The position numbers and the translations under genes are program-made. A stretch of 64,000 nucleotides of DNA from Terriglobia bacterium (GTDB taxonomy: Bacteria > Acidobacteriota > Terriglobia > JAJPHL01 > JAPKYU01): the NCBI GenBank assembly GCA_965206645.1, contig CBDBKE010000001.1, positions 288,001 to 352,000 on the forward strand, written 5' to 3'. Each line of letters opens with the position of its first letter. Position 1 is the first letter of the stretch. Below, in pieces: positions 53,286 to 64,000 of the stretch. A model generated the notes under the pieces. The model saw only the letters and a list, made by a program, of their open reading frames with translations, ran no database searches and was not told where the DNA came from.

Positions 53286-55167
53286 TTGTTGATCGTGCAA
53301 ACGGACCGGCAAGCGGTTGAGAAACAGGCGGCAGCGGCCTTCTGGACGCTGGCGAGCGTGGTGGTCGTGGTCCCGCTGGCTCTGTCTCCGGGCCTGCAGT
53401 TTTTCGACGTTACCCCGAAATTACTGGCCCTACTGGCAGGCGCCTGCGTCGTCTGGGTGTCGCTGGCGGTCGAAGGTCGGGTCCCGTCTTTTGGCGGGCG
53501 GGCAGGCAGGCAGATTCTTGGGGCTGCTGGCAGCGCTGGCTGCCATGGGTGTACTGGCCAGCATTTTTTCGCACAACCGCGTGCTGTCGCGGGTGGGGAG
53601 TGAATGGCGGCGCATGGGCCTGCCCGCTTGGCTAGCGTGCCTGGCAGTGGCCGCGGCGGTCCCTGTGGTGATCGGCGAGGACAGCGCGCGACGACGCCGT
53701 CTGCTGGCGGCTTGGGTGCTGGCAGGCGTCGCTGCGGCCACCTACAGCTTTGCGCAATACTTTGGCCGCGATCCCTGGATCTCACCCGCGCTCTACCACA
53801 TCGGCGAAGGCGAGTGGCAAATTGTGAGGCCGCCGGCGACGCTGGGCTACGTCAGTTACCTGGCCGCCTTCTTGCTGCCGGCAGGGTTTGTCTCGGTGGG
53901 CCTGGCCATGTCGGCGACTGCGGCCCGGGCGCGACTCGCCTGGGGTGCGGCGGCGGCCGCCCTGGCGCTGGCGCTGGTGATCTCCGGCAGTCGCGGCGCG
54001 TGGTTGGGCGCGGCGGCTGGCGTGGTCGTGTTGCTGGTCCGCGCCAAGCGCCGCCGTCCTGTGCTGCTGGGCCTGCTGGCGGTGACCGCGCTGGCCGCCG
54101 TCTTTGTGCTCTCTCCCGCCGGACAGCGGGTGCGCAGCCGCGTGCGCTGGTTTGTGGAGGACCCGGCGGGAGGCGCGCGCCTGCTGCTCTGGCGCGATTC
54201 GCTGCGTCTGGCCCGCGCTCACCCCCTGCTGGGGACGGGGCTCGACACCTTCGAACTCAGCTTCCTCAAGTTTCATTCGCTGGAGCTCGCCCGGCGGGAC
54301 CCGGACCGGTACGCCGAATCGCCGCACAATGTTTTTCTCGACTACCTGACTTCCGCGGGCCTGCCGGCGGTGTTGCTGTTTGCCTTGCTGATGGGAGTGG
54401 CGCTGCGCAACTTCGTCGTGTCCTCCCGCGCCGTTTCGTCGCGCGAAGCTGCACTGGACGCTGCCTTGTTGGCCGCGCTGGTTGCCGGGCTCGTGGGTGC
54501 CCAATTTATTGCCGACACGATTCCCACGAGGCTCACTCTTCTGCTATTGGCCGCGCTTTCGGTTTCCGTACCCGCCACCACTGCCCGGCTCGGGGCGCGA
54601 ACCGTGGTGGCGGCGGTGGCCGTTGTTGGCTTGGCCTTGGTGGTCGTCTTCGGGGCGTGGCTGGTGCGCGCCGATCGCGCCGTGTGGAGGGCAATGCAAG
54701 CGCGGGAGGGCAGTGATCTGGACAGCCTGCTCCGGGCCGGACCCGCCGCGCGTTACGCCTTTCCCTGGACCGGCACCTATCCGTTTGCCTACTCGCGAGC
54801 CCTGGGTTGCGTGGTGATCCGGAGCGGCCTGCAATCGGCGCAACGCGGCCTGTTGCTGGCTCTGGCCGAGGATTCCGCGCAGGCTGCGCTGTCCCATTCC
54901 GGCCGCCCGCAGATCGTACATGTGCACCTGGCCTCGCTGTACGTGTTGCTCGGCAAAGCGGAGGAAGCGCGAGCGGCCCTGGAAGAAGCTATCAGCGCCG
55001 CTCCCGCCTGGTATCGGCCGCGCTGGTTGCTGGCGGCCTTGCTGGCCGAGCAAGGCCGCTATGTCGAGGCAGCCGCGCAGGCTCGCGCTGCCTTGGACCG
55101 CGGCGCCCGCAGACATCCCGAGATTGCTCAGCAGTGCCTGGAAATTCAGCAACTGTCGGCCCGCTGA
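53286..55167 (+). pseudogene. O-antigen ligase-family protein with C-terminal TPR-like region; frameshift near 53510
   Basis: FFDVTPKL in one frame; RPPATLG, SGSRGAW, R..LWRD, GTGLDTF, PHNVFLD in the next. Confidence 0.78.
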
Positions 55168-55246
55168 CGTTACACGGTTGTATGGTTATGAGTCCTTTCT
55201 GACGTTGATTCTGCATTTGGATTGCGTAAGAATTAGGGTTGCCGAT

Positions 55247-56071
55247 ATGCGTGCCTACCTCGCCGCCGGGTTGCTCCTGTTGCTGGGGGGCACCTCCTCC
55301 CCGGATTCCCTCTGGGCACAGACGCCCGACTTGCCGCCGAGCTCAGTAGTGAACGGAGCCAGTTTCCGTGCGGCAGCCGATCCCAACGGGGCCGTGGCCC
55401 CGGGCGCGCTAGTGGCCATCTTTGGGGCGAACCTAGCCGGCGAAGCCCAGCTGGCAATGAGCGTGCCGCTCTCCACCCGACTGCCCGACACGGCAGAGGG
55501 CACCAGCGTGACCTTCAATATTCCTGGCAGCAGTATTTCCGCACCGCTGTTTTTTGTGTCGAGCGGTCAGATCAATGCGCAGGTCCCTTCCGGCGTCCCA
55601 GTCGGAACCGGATCAGTCTCAGTACAGGTGAGGCGCGGCAGTGAAACCAGCGCCACGCAGCCGGTTTAGGTGGCGGATGTTTCCCCCGGCATTTTCACCG
55701 TTAACCAGCAGGGCACCGGCGCCGGCGCCATCCTGCATGCCGACAATTTCCAGGCGGTCAGCACAAGCGCCCCGGCGCGGCCGGGCGAGTTCCTTCTTAT
55801 TTTTTGTACCGGGCTGGGCCCAGTGGATCCCCCCGTGCCGTCCGGCGATATTGCTCCTGCTGAACCGCTAGCGAGGACGATCACCACACCGCTGGTGAAC
55901 GTCGGCGGCATCCCGGCCACTGTGAGCTTTTCCGGCTTGGCCCCAGGATTTGTAGGCCTGTACCAGGTAAACCTGCAGGTGCCGCAGGGAATCCCGTCGG
56001 GCGCGCAAGAGATCGAGATCATCATCAACGGCGTCCCCAGCAGGGAAAACGTCACCATCGCGGTCCAGTAG
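55247..56071 (+). pseudogene. Secreted TIGR03437-type (Solibacter C-terminal) domain protein split by TAG at 55667-55669
   Basis: VVNGASF...VAPG.LVAIFG, QINAQVP, PGIFT, TGLG, GLAPGFVGLYQVN all in one frame. Confidence 0.85.
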
Positions 56072-56263
56072 AGTTCGGGCGGCTTCCGCACGCCAGAATA
56101 GATCCCCACTACTCAGGTGGCGTAACCTTATCCTTGTCAGGTAAGGATCGATCTGCCGGAGAGACGTGAAAAGATCACGGCCGCAGTCAGTACCATGTCG
56201 ATTGTCAACGCCTTGAAAAGGCGTGGCGCCTACGCGCCACGTGGACGATGTGAGGGAGGTATC

Positions 56264-58540
<2,277 letters not shown>

Positions 58541-58736
58541 TTCCATTGACAGCGAGCCCGGCCTGGATCATGTGGGCAGTCGGTTGTCGTCAATGAGAAA
58601 GAAAAGTGGATGGAGGAAAAAGGTCTTCCCGTTTGTGTCGTTCGGACAAGCGAATTCATGTCGGTGGACGTGCTGTTCATGATGACATCGACTCACATCG
58701 TCCTTCTCAACTAGCGCGACCGGCCGGGCCGCCACG

Positions 58737-58765
58737 TTGACTTGGACGAGGGCGGGGCCTAAGAT
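58737..58765 (+). promoter_or_regulatory. Sigma70-type promoter TTGACT-N17-TAAGAT
   Basis: Near-consensus hexamers upstream of the 58800 ORF. Confidence 0.6.
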
Positions 58766-58799
58766 CTGCTGAAGGTTTGAGATCCCTTAAGGAAGGACC

Positions 58800-59210
58800 A
58801 TGGCCAAAGCAAAAAGCAGAGCACCTGTGCACAGCTCGGCGGCCTTGGCGGAACTCACCCGCGCCAAGAAACTGCAGCGGCGTGGCTTGCAGGCAGAGGA
58901 CGAGATCACCCGCCTACTTGAGCCCTTGAAGGACAAGCTGAGTGCGCTAGTCCTCGAACGCGACCGGCTCTTCCACGAAGCAATAGCTGCTCGCCAGAAG
59001 TTCTTTCAGGCAGTCAAAAAGGCGGATCCGCGCTTGGTCCATCATCGCAGCCTGCGCTACGAGGAGAAGGGGCAGAACGTCTATGTGGTTTGGGACGAGA
59101 CGGGGCCGCAGTTCTCCACCCACGAAGGGGCTGAACTTCCGATCCTGCATCCGTTCGTGCGCCGCCGACGCGGACGGCGGGCCCTGGACTTGGCGTTTTG
59201 GTTGGACTAG
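58800..59210 (+). CDS. Hypothetical basic coiled-coil protein
   Basis: Own promoter and AAGGA RBS; 136-aa ORF; no recognised family. Confidence 0.65.
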   Translation: MAKAKSRAPVHSSAALAELTRAKKLQRRGLQAEDEITRLLEPLKDKLSALVLERDRLFHEAIAARQKFFQAVKKADPRLVHHRSLRYEEKGQNVYVVWDETGPQFSTHEGAELPILHPFVRRRRGRRALDLAFWLD

Positions 59211-59480
59211 CGAGAGGATCTGCACCTCTCGGGTCCTTCTGTACTTCTTGGTGGGTCGGACTAGAAACCTAGTTGCCTACCGTGTTGATTTTTCTGCTGG
59301 CGGGGCGGGGCATGGTTGGCAACGCGTGGGTCGCGCGGATTCATTCCCTCCAATAAGCACGGCCATTGCAGACATGTGGCGGAGTGATCAAAAGGCGTTT
59401 GAGCGATATTATTCGGTCCTCAGAATCGACAAGCGAAGGACGCCTGACAACGTGAAGGTGCGGAAGGTGGGCATCTATGA

Positions 59481-60236
59481 CTAGGGCAGCGTGACTCGCC
59501 CACCGCTGACGACGAGTGTGTGCCCGGTCATGAAGCCAGAGAGGTCGGACAAGAGAAAATATGCCACGTTGGAGATGTCCTCCGGTTGCCCGAGGCGCCC
59601 CAGAGGTGTCGCCGCGATTATCCGCTGGGTAGCCTCGGGATCCAACAGGGCGCCCATCTCCGTCTCAATCAAGCCCGGCGCGATGCCGTTTACGCGAACG
59701 TGCGGCGCGAATGCTTCGGCGCAGCACCTTACCAAGGCAATGACGCCAGCCTTGCTGGCGGCGTAATGAATCTGTAGCTTTCTCGGAAGCAGAGCAGCGA
59801 CGGAGGATAAGCAAAGGATGCGGCCATACCTGTTGGCCAGCATCTCGTCCTTCAGCGCCATGACCGTGAGAAAAACTCCGTCCAGGTTGACCGACAGCGT
59901 CTTCTTCCAGGTCTCCCAGGAAATCTCTTGATGGTTTTCCAGAATACTGAGACCGGCGTTAGCCACTAGCAATCCGATCGGTCCCAACGCCTGGCGCGTT
60001 TTGGCCACCATGGCCTCTACGTCGGCTGGATGAGAAACGTCTCCCTTAATCAGAAGGCACCGGACCCCCTCCCGCTCGATCAGTTGCTGGGCAGCGCGGG
60101 CCTCTTCGTCCCGCCGGAGGTAGTTGAGAGCAATATCGGCACCGTGCCGAGCCAGTTCCAGTGCGATCGCGCGACCAATCCCTCGCGAGCCTCCGGTGAT
60201 CAGTGCGGTCTTGCCCGCGAACTCTTTGCTGGTCAC
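59481..60236 (-). CDS. SDR-family oxidoreductase (FabG-like)
   Basis: TGGSRGIG, ANAG, YAASK, VNGIAPG. Confidence 0.92.
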   Translation of the reverse strand: MTSKEFAGKTALITGGSRGIGRAIALELARHGADIALNYLRRDEEARAAQQLIEREGVRCLLIKGDVSHPADVEAMVAKTRQALGPIGLLVANAGLSILENHQEISWETWKKTLSVNLDGVFLTVMALKDEMLANRYGRILCLSSVAALLPRKLQIHYAASKAGVIALVRCCAEAFAPHVRVNGIAPGLIETEMGALLDPEATQRIIAATPLGRLGQPEDISNVAYFLLSDLSGFMTGHTLVVSGGRVTLP

Positions 60237-60355
60237 TATGCGATCAGTTCCTTGACTACCCGGCCATGCACGTCGGCAAGCCGGAAATTGCGGCCGCTGT
60301 GGAAATAGGTGAGTAAAGTATGATCCAGGCCCATCAGGTGGAGGATGGTGGCATC
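60236..60355 (-). pseudogene. C-terminal tail of a second DUF1501 gene
   Basis: [38 protein letters not shown] aligns with the end of 11370..12818. Confidence 0.82.
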
Positions 60356-60771
60356 AAGTATTACAGCCGTTGCCTTCGTCGGGGTGCATAAGCTCAAGAT
60401 CAACCGACCATTCTTTGGAAATCCCGGGGCCTGTGTAATTGATTAAACCGGAATTATCGATTTCAAGTTTCCTCGGCTCCAGAGTCTATGCCCGGCCGTC
60501 ATGCCAAGTCAAACTCAAATCTCCAGCGGCAGGGGCGCGAGCAACGGGGGAAATCACTGTTAAAGTTCTGGTTGTAGACTTTTGATGCCCAGATCCGCGG
60601 TAGCAAGAAACGCTCGCGGCGCTGATTTCCAACGTCAGTTTCTGGAGGATCGTGAAGGCCGGCTCCCTTTCTGACGAAGGCCAGTGGATGAAATGGTCTG
60701 TCGCCGTAGTTTGGCTCGCGAGCGGGCTGCTCGTGGTGCATCCCTACTACAGGCAGGTCGGCTCGGGCTAT

Positions 60772-62021
60772 TGACCAGACCGATTTTTTGTACCAACCGT
60801 AGTGAGAGTTTACATCGCAGCCTGGGGCTGTGAAACTGGTTTCAGTGGCAGGGGAGGGCTATAGGCCCCCGGCGCCGGGGGCCTATAGGCGAGCGCCGAG
60901 TGCGGCCGCACCGTGTTGTATTGCACCCTCCACTGTTCAATCACCACCTGTGCCTCCTTCAACGAGTAGAAGATCTCTCCATTCAGGCATTCGTCCCGCA
61001 GCTTCCCATTGAAACTCTCGCAGTACCCGTTCTCCCAGGGACTGCCCGGTTCGATGTACAGTGTCCCGGTCCCTAGATTTGCCAACCACTGGCGCAGTTG
61101 TTTAGCGATGAACTCGGGACCATTGTCGGATCGAATCTGTTCCGGTATCCCTCGCCACAACATCACGTCCGACAACGCCTCAATGATTTGTTGGCTGCCC
61201 ATCCTCCGCTCCACCCGGATCGCCAGGCATTCCCGCGTGTACTCATCCAGCAAGGTCAGCAGCCGCAGCGTTCTCCCCTCGTGCGTTCTGGCACTCATGA
61301 AGTCGTAGCTCCACACGTGGTTCGGTCGCTCCGGCCTCAGTCGTACACAGGAACCGTCGTTCAGCCACAGCCGTCCTCGCGGCCTTTGTTTTTGCGGCAC
61401 TTTTAGCCCTTCCCGCCGCCAAATCCGCTGCACCCGGTCCTTGCCCACTTCCCAGCCCGCACTCCGCAGCAACGCTGTGATCCTCCGGTAGCCATATCGC
61501 CCGTACTTCGCTCCCAGGGCAATGATCGCTCGGGTCAGAGCATCCTCGTCCACCCGATGAATCGGCTCGTATCGTTGTGTCCCTCGCCATTGCCCCAGCA
61601 GCCGGCAGGCATGCCGTTCCGACAACCCGTGTTGCTCCCACGCACGCTCCACCGCACAACGCCGCCGCTCAGGGCTCAGAAGTTTCCCTGTGCCACATCC
61701 CGCAGTACCTGCTTCTCCAGAGAAAGCTCCGCTACCAACCGCTTCAGCCGCGTGTTTTCCTTCTCCAACTCCTTTAGCCGTTTTGCCTGCACCACCTTCA
61801 GCCCGCCGTATTCCTTCCGCCACCGGTAGTAGGTTTGGGTGTGGATTCCAGCTTCTTTGCAGGCTTGGGGCGCAGTCTTCCCGTTCCCCATCTGCACTTC
61901 TATCTGCCGTAGCACCGCTACAATCTGCTCCGGCTTGTAACTCCTTGTCGGCATGACCTCACTTCCTCCTCAAGTGGATTCTCTCTCTTTCCACTTGGTA
62001 CAAAAAGTGCCGGTCAGGTCA
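60772..62021 (-). mobile_element. IS3-family element, copy E (orfA 61676..61954, orfB ending 60810)
   Basis: 1250 bp with the same ends; flanks GCTAT / TGGGG give no TSD. Confidence 0.96.
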
Positions 62022-62189
62022 TGGGGAACATGGGAGAATAAGCCCCATGCAGCGTCAACGCGGCGAGGGCGGTCGCAGAGTAACATCATCTATGGTGTTC
62101 AGACCGGATTTCCGCGGGCTTCATGGGCACTAATGGGTCATCTCGCGCCGAAGCCCGGGCCGAATCCGTTTTAGCAATTCGCCAGGGAC

Positions 62190-62373
62190 ACGCAAGGCCG
62201 AGAACCGCACCGGTGTCAGTCATGCGGACTTTACCTGCATTCGCAACGTGCAGCTTGACCGCTTCACCATTGACCGTCTGATGATCGTGCTCAACAAGCT
62301 CGGCCAGCACGTAGACGTACAGATCGATGTTCGTCCGCGTGCGGCCGCTGAAGAGACGCCAGTACCTCCGTGA
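62190..62373 (+). pseudogene. C-terminal fragment of an XRE-type HTH protein
   Basis: TGVSHADFTCIRNVQLDRFTIDRLMIVLNKLGQHVDVQI. Confidence 0.55.
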
Positions 62374-62446
62374 GGGCATTGTCACGTTCAGCCGTGCGGT
62401 AACTCGATTTGATGATGTAATATGCTCGCTGACCATAGGAAACCTC

Positions 62447-63265
62447 ATGACCACACATTCGAACACACGATCGGCGGCGGCACTGGCCCTCTGGCTGGCC
62501 GCCGCAGTCCTGACACTGACTGGCGCCGCGCCCTCCCACGCACAGCAGCCCGCAGGGAATGCGCGGGCGTTCATTAGCATCAACGGAGGACTGCAGACAC
62601 TGACCGGCAGCTTCTCCGAAAGCGTCGTCTTTCAGGAATCTGGAGGCGTGTATGGCGAGGTCCTGTCCGCGGCTGCAGCCCAGGAGCAGGCCCGCTTCGA
62701 GAGCGACTACCGCTACAGGACCGGGCCGCTCTTTGATGTGAGCGGCGGCGTGCGCGTCGCGCCGTACTTCGCGCTCGGCGCCGGCATATCGGGGTTCAAC
62801 TCCGAGGAAACGGCCAGCGTATCGGCGCAGCTGCCGCACCCGCGCTTTTTCTACCGCCACCGCTCAATCTCGGGCGTTTCGTCGCCTCTCACGCGCAGCG
62901 AGTTGGCCGTCCACGTGCAGGCGTTAGTGGTGGTGCCGGTCACGAACTCGCTCACGGTAATGGGCTTCGCCGGACCCACGTTGTTCAACGTGGAGCAGCA
63001 ACTGGTCACCGACGTGAATTTCACCCACGCATACCCCTTCGACACGGCTACGTTCTCCAGTGCGGTCACCAGCCGGCAATCCGCCTCGACCATCGGATTC
63101 AACGTGGGAGCCGACGTCACCTGGTACTTCACTGCCCATGTCGGGATCGGCTGGTTCACCCGTTACAGCCGGGCGACGTTGGATCTTCCGTCCGCGGGCA
63201 ACGGAACACTCGACACCAGGGCCGGTGGGCTGCATACGGCAGGGGGCCTGCGCTTGCGGTTCTGA
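62447..63265 (+). CDS. Outer-membrane beta-barrel protein
   Basis: Signal peptide, alternating beta-strand pattern, C-terminal GLRLRF. Confidence 0.8.
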   Translation: MTTHSNTRSAAALALWLAAAVLTLTGAAPSHAQQPAGNARAFISINGGLQTLTGSFSESVVFQESGGVYGEVLSAAAAQEQARFESDYRYRTGPLFDVSGGVRVAPYFALGAGISGFNSEETASVSAQLPHPRFFYRHRSISGVSSPLTRSELAVHVQALVVVPVTNSLTVMGFAGPTLFNVEQQLVTDVNFTHAYPFDTATFSSAVTSRQSASTIGFNVGADVTWYFTAHVGIGWFTRYSRATLDLPSAGNGTLDTRAGGLHTAGGLRLRF

Positions 63266-63327
63266 ATGCGCCTCCACACGGCGAACCGGCAAACTCGTTA
63301 GTCTGACTCCAAGGAGACCGACACGAA

Positions 63328-64000
63328 ATGAGAATCGCTCCACGAATTGTTATTGCTCTGGCCCTCATCGGGATCGCACTCATGGCAACGGAGCACGACG
63401 CTACGGCCCAGGAACTCGACATCGTTTCCATCGCAGCCGGACAAACCTTGGGGCTCGACGCGTTGCGGCAGTGGAACGCGACGGTCTACGGCATGGAGCG
63501 CACCGGTAACCTCGCCGTCATGTCGCGCCGGAGCGACGCCTACCTGGAAGGCCGTACCCACGAGTATCTCACGCAGTACCATGCGGGCATTCCCGTGCAC
63601 GGCGGGGGCGTCTCCCGGCAGCTCGACGCTAGCGGCGTCACCGTGTCGCTGTTCGGCGCCTTGCACCAGGGGATCGACGTGGATACGACGCCGGCGTTCT
63701 CCGGGGCCGAGGTCGCCGCGCTTCTCGAAGTGATGCACGGCGGAGAGTTCGTCGCCGACCGGCAGCCGCCGCTGAGTATACTGCCCCGGCCGGACGGATC
63801 GTACGTCCTGGCCTATCAAGCCGCCATGAGTGACGGATACTTCTATTTCGTCGGCGCCGCCAACGGCAAACTCCTGCACCGCGTCCATGCGTTCAAGTCG
63901 CAGTCGGCGGTCGGGGCCGGCGCAGACTCCACGGGTATGCGGAGGAAGCTGAGCACGACGCAGGGGGACGCCGGCTTCGGAGCATACGACCGGATGCGGC
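63328..64000 (+). CDS. Secreted M4 (thermolysin-like) peptidase, propeptide region only (runs off window; absent from the ORF track)
   Basis: AAGGAG RBS; MRIAPRIVIALALIG signal; HEYLTQYHAGIPVHGG (FTP-like) and YFVGAANGKLL (PepSY-like); catalytic HEXXH not in window. Confidence 0.65.
   Translation, partial: MRIAPRIVIALALIGIALMATEHDATAQELDIVSIAAGQTLGLDALRQWNATVYGMERTGNLAVMSRRSDAYLEGRTHEYLTQYHAGIPVHGGGVSRQLDASGVTVSLFGALHQGIDVDTTPAFSGAEVAALLEVMHGGEFVADRQPPLSILPRPDGSYVLAYQAAMSDGYFYFVGAANGKLLHRVHAFKSQSAVGAGADSTGMRRKLSTTQGDAGFGAYDRMR

Noticed and set aside
472-55669. Stop-codon reassignment or readthrough suggested by many in-frame TAG/TGA codons
   Set aside because: The stops replace different expected residues (W, Q, Y), often co-occur with frameshifts or truncations, and many intact genes end in TAG or TGA. 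Ordinary decay explains them.
56221-56242. Hairpin CGTGGCGC-CTAC-GCGCCACG upstream of the M28 gene
   Set aside because: Single short palindrome without a U-tract or other copies; no function can be supported

Overview
A 64-kb bacterial window, most likely from an Acidobacteriota genome. Supporting markers are a TIGR03437-type Solibacter C-terminal-domain gene, a DUF1501 + PSD1/planctomycete cytochrome c pair, mqnD and RodZ. The taxon is inferred from gene content only. The left half (1-34.5 kb) is an IS-saturated mosaic, roughly 13 kb IS-derived by my tally: four of the window's five near-identical IS3 copies (the fifth is at 60.8-62.0 kb), three IS903-group IS5 copies, IS30, IS1380, IS6, IS1595 and IS1182 remnants, and two IS6-type MITEs. 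Intact cargo sits between them (HAD phosphatase, FadR regulator, DUF1501/PSD1, Aas-like enzyme, nirK, HNH-excalibur nuclease, LemA/M48 protease, two toxin-antitoxin pairs), along with many short fused gene fragments. The right half is mostly chromosomal backbone (mqnD, receiver protein, RodZ, GAF-GGDEF, aldo/keto reductase, UvrC-like nuclease, M28 peptidase, SDR). It includes a selectively decaying surface-glycan locus containing an HprK-like kinase plus nucleotidyltransferase pair. No rRNA, tRNA or CRISPR array was seen. The best novelty candidates are the kinase/nucleotidyltransferase glycosylation module, a repeat-bracketed TonB-C cassette, a promoter-anchored structured RNA candidate and the IS6 MITEs. 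None is proven, and misassembly at IS repeats cannot be excluded. All family calls are from motif recognition, not database searches.
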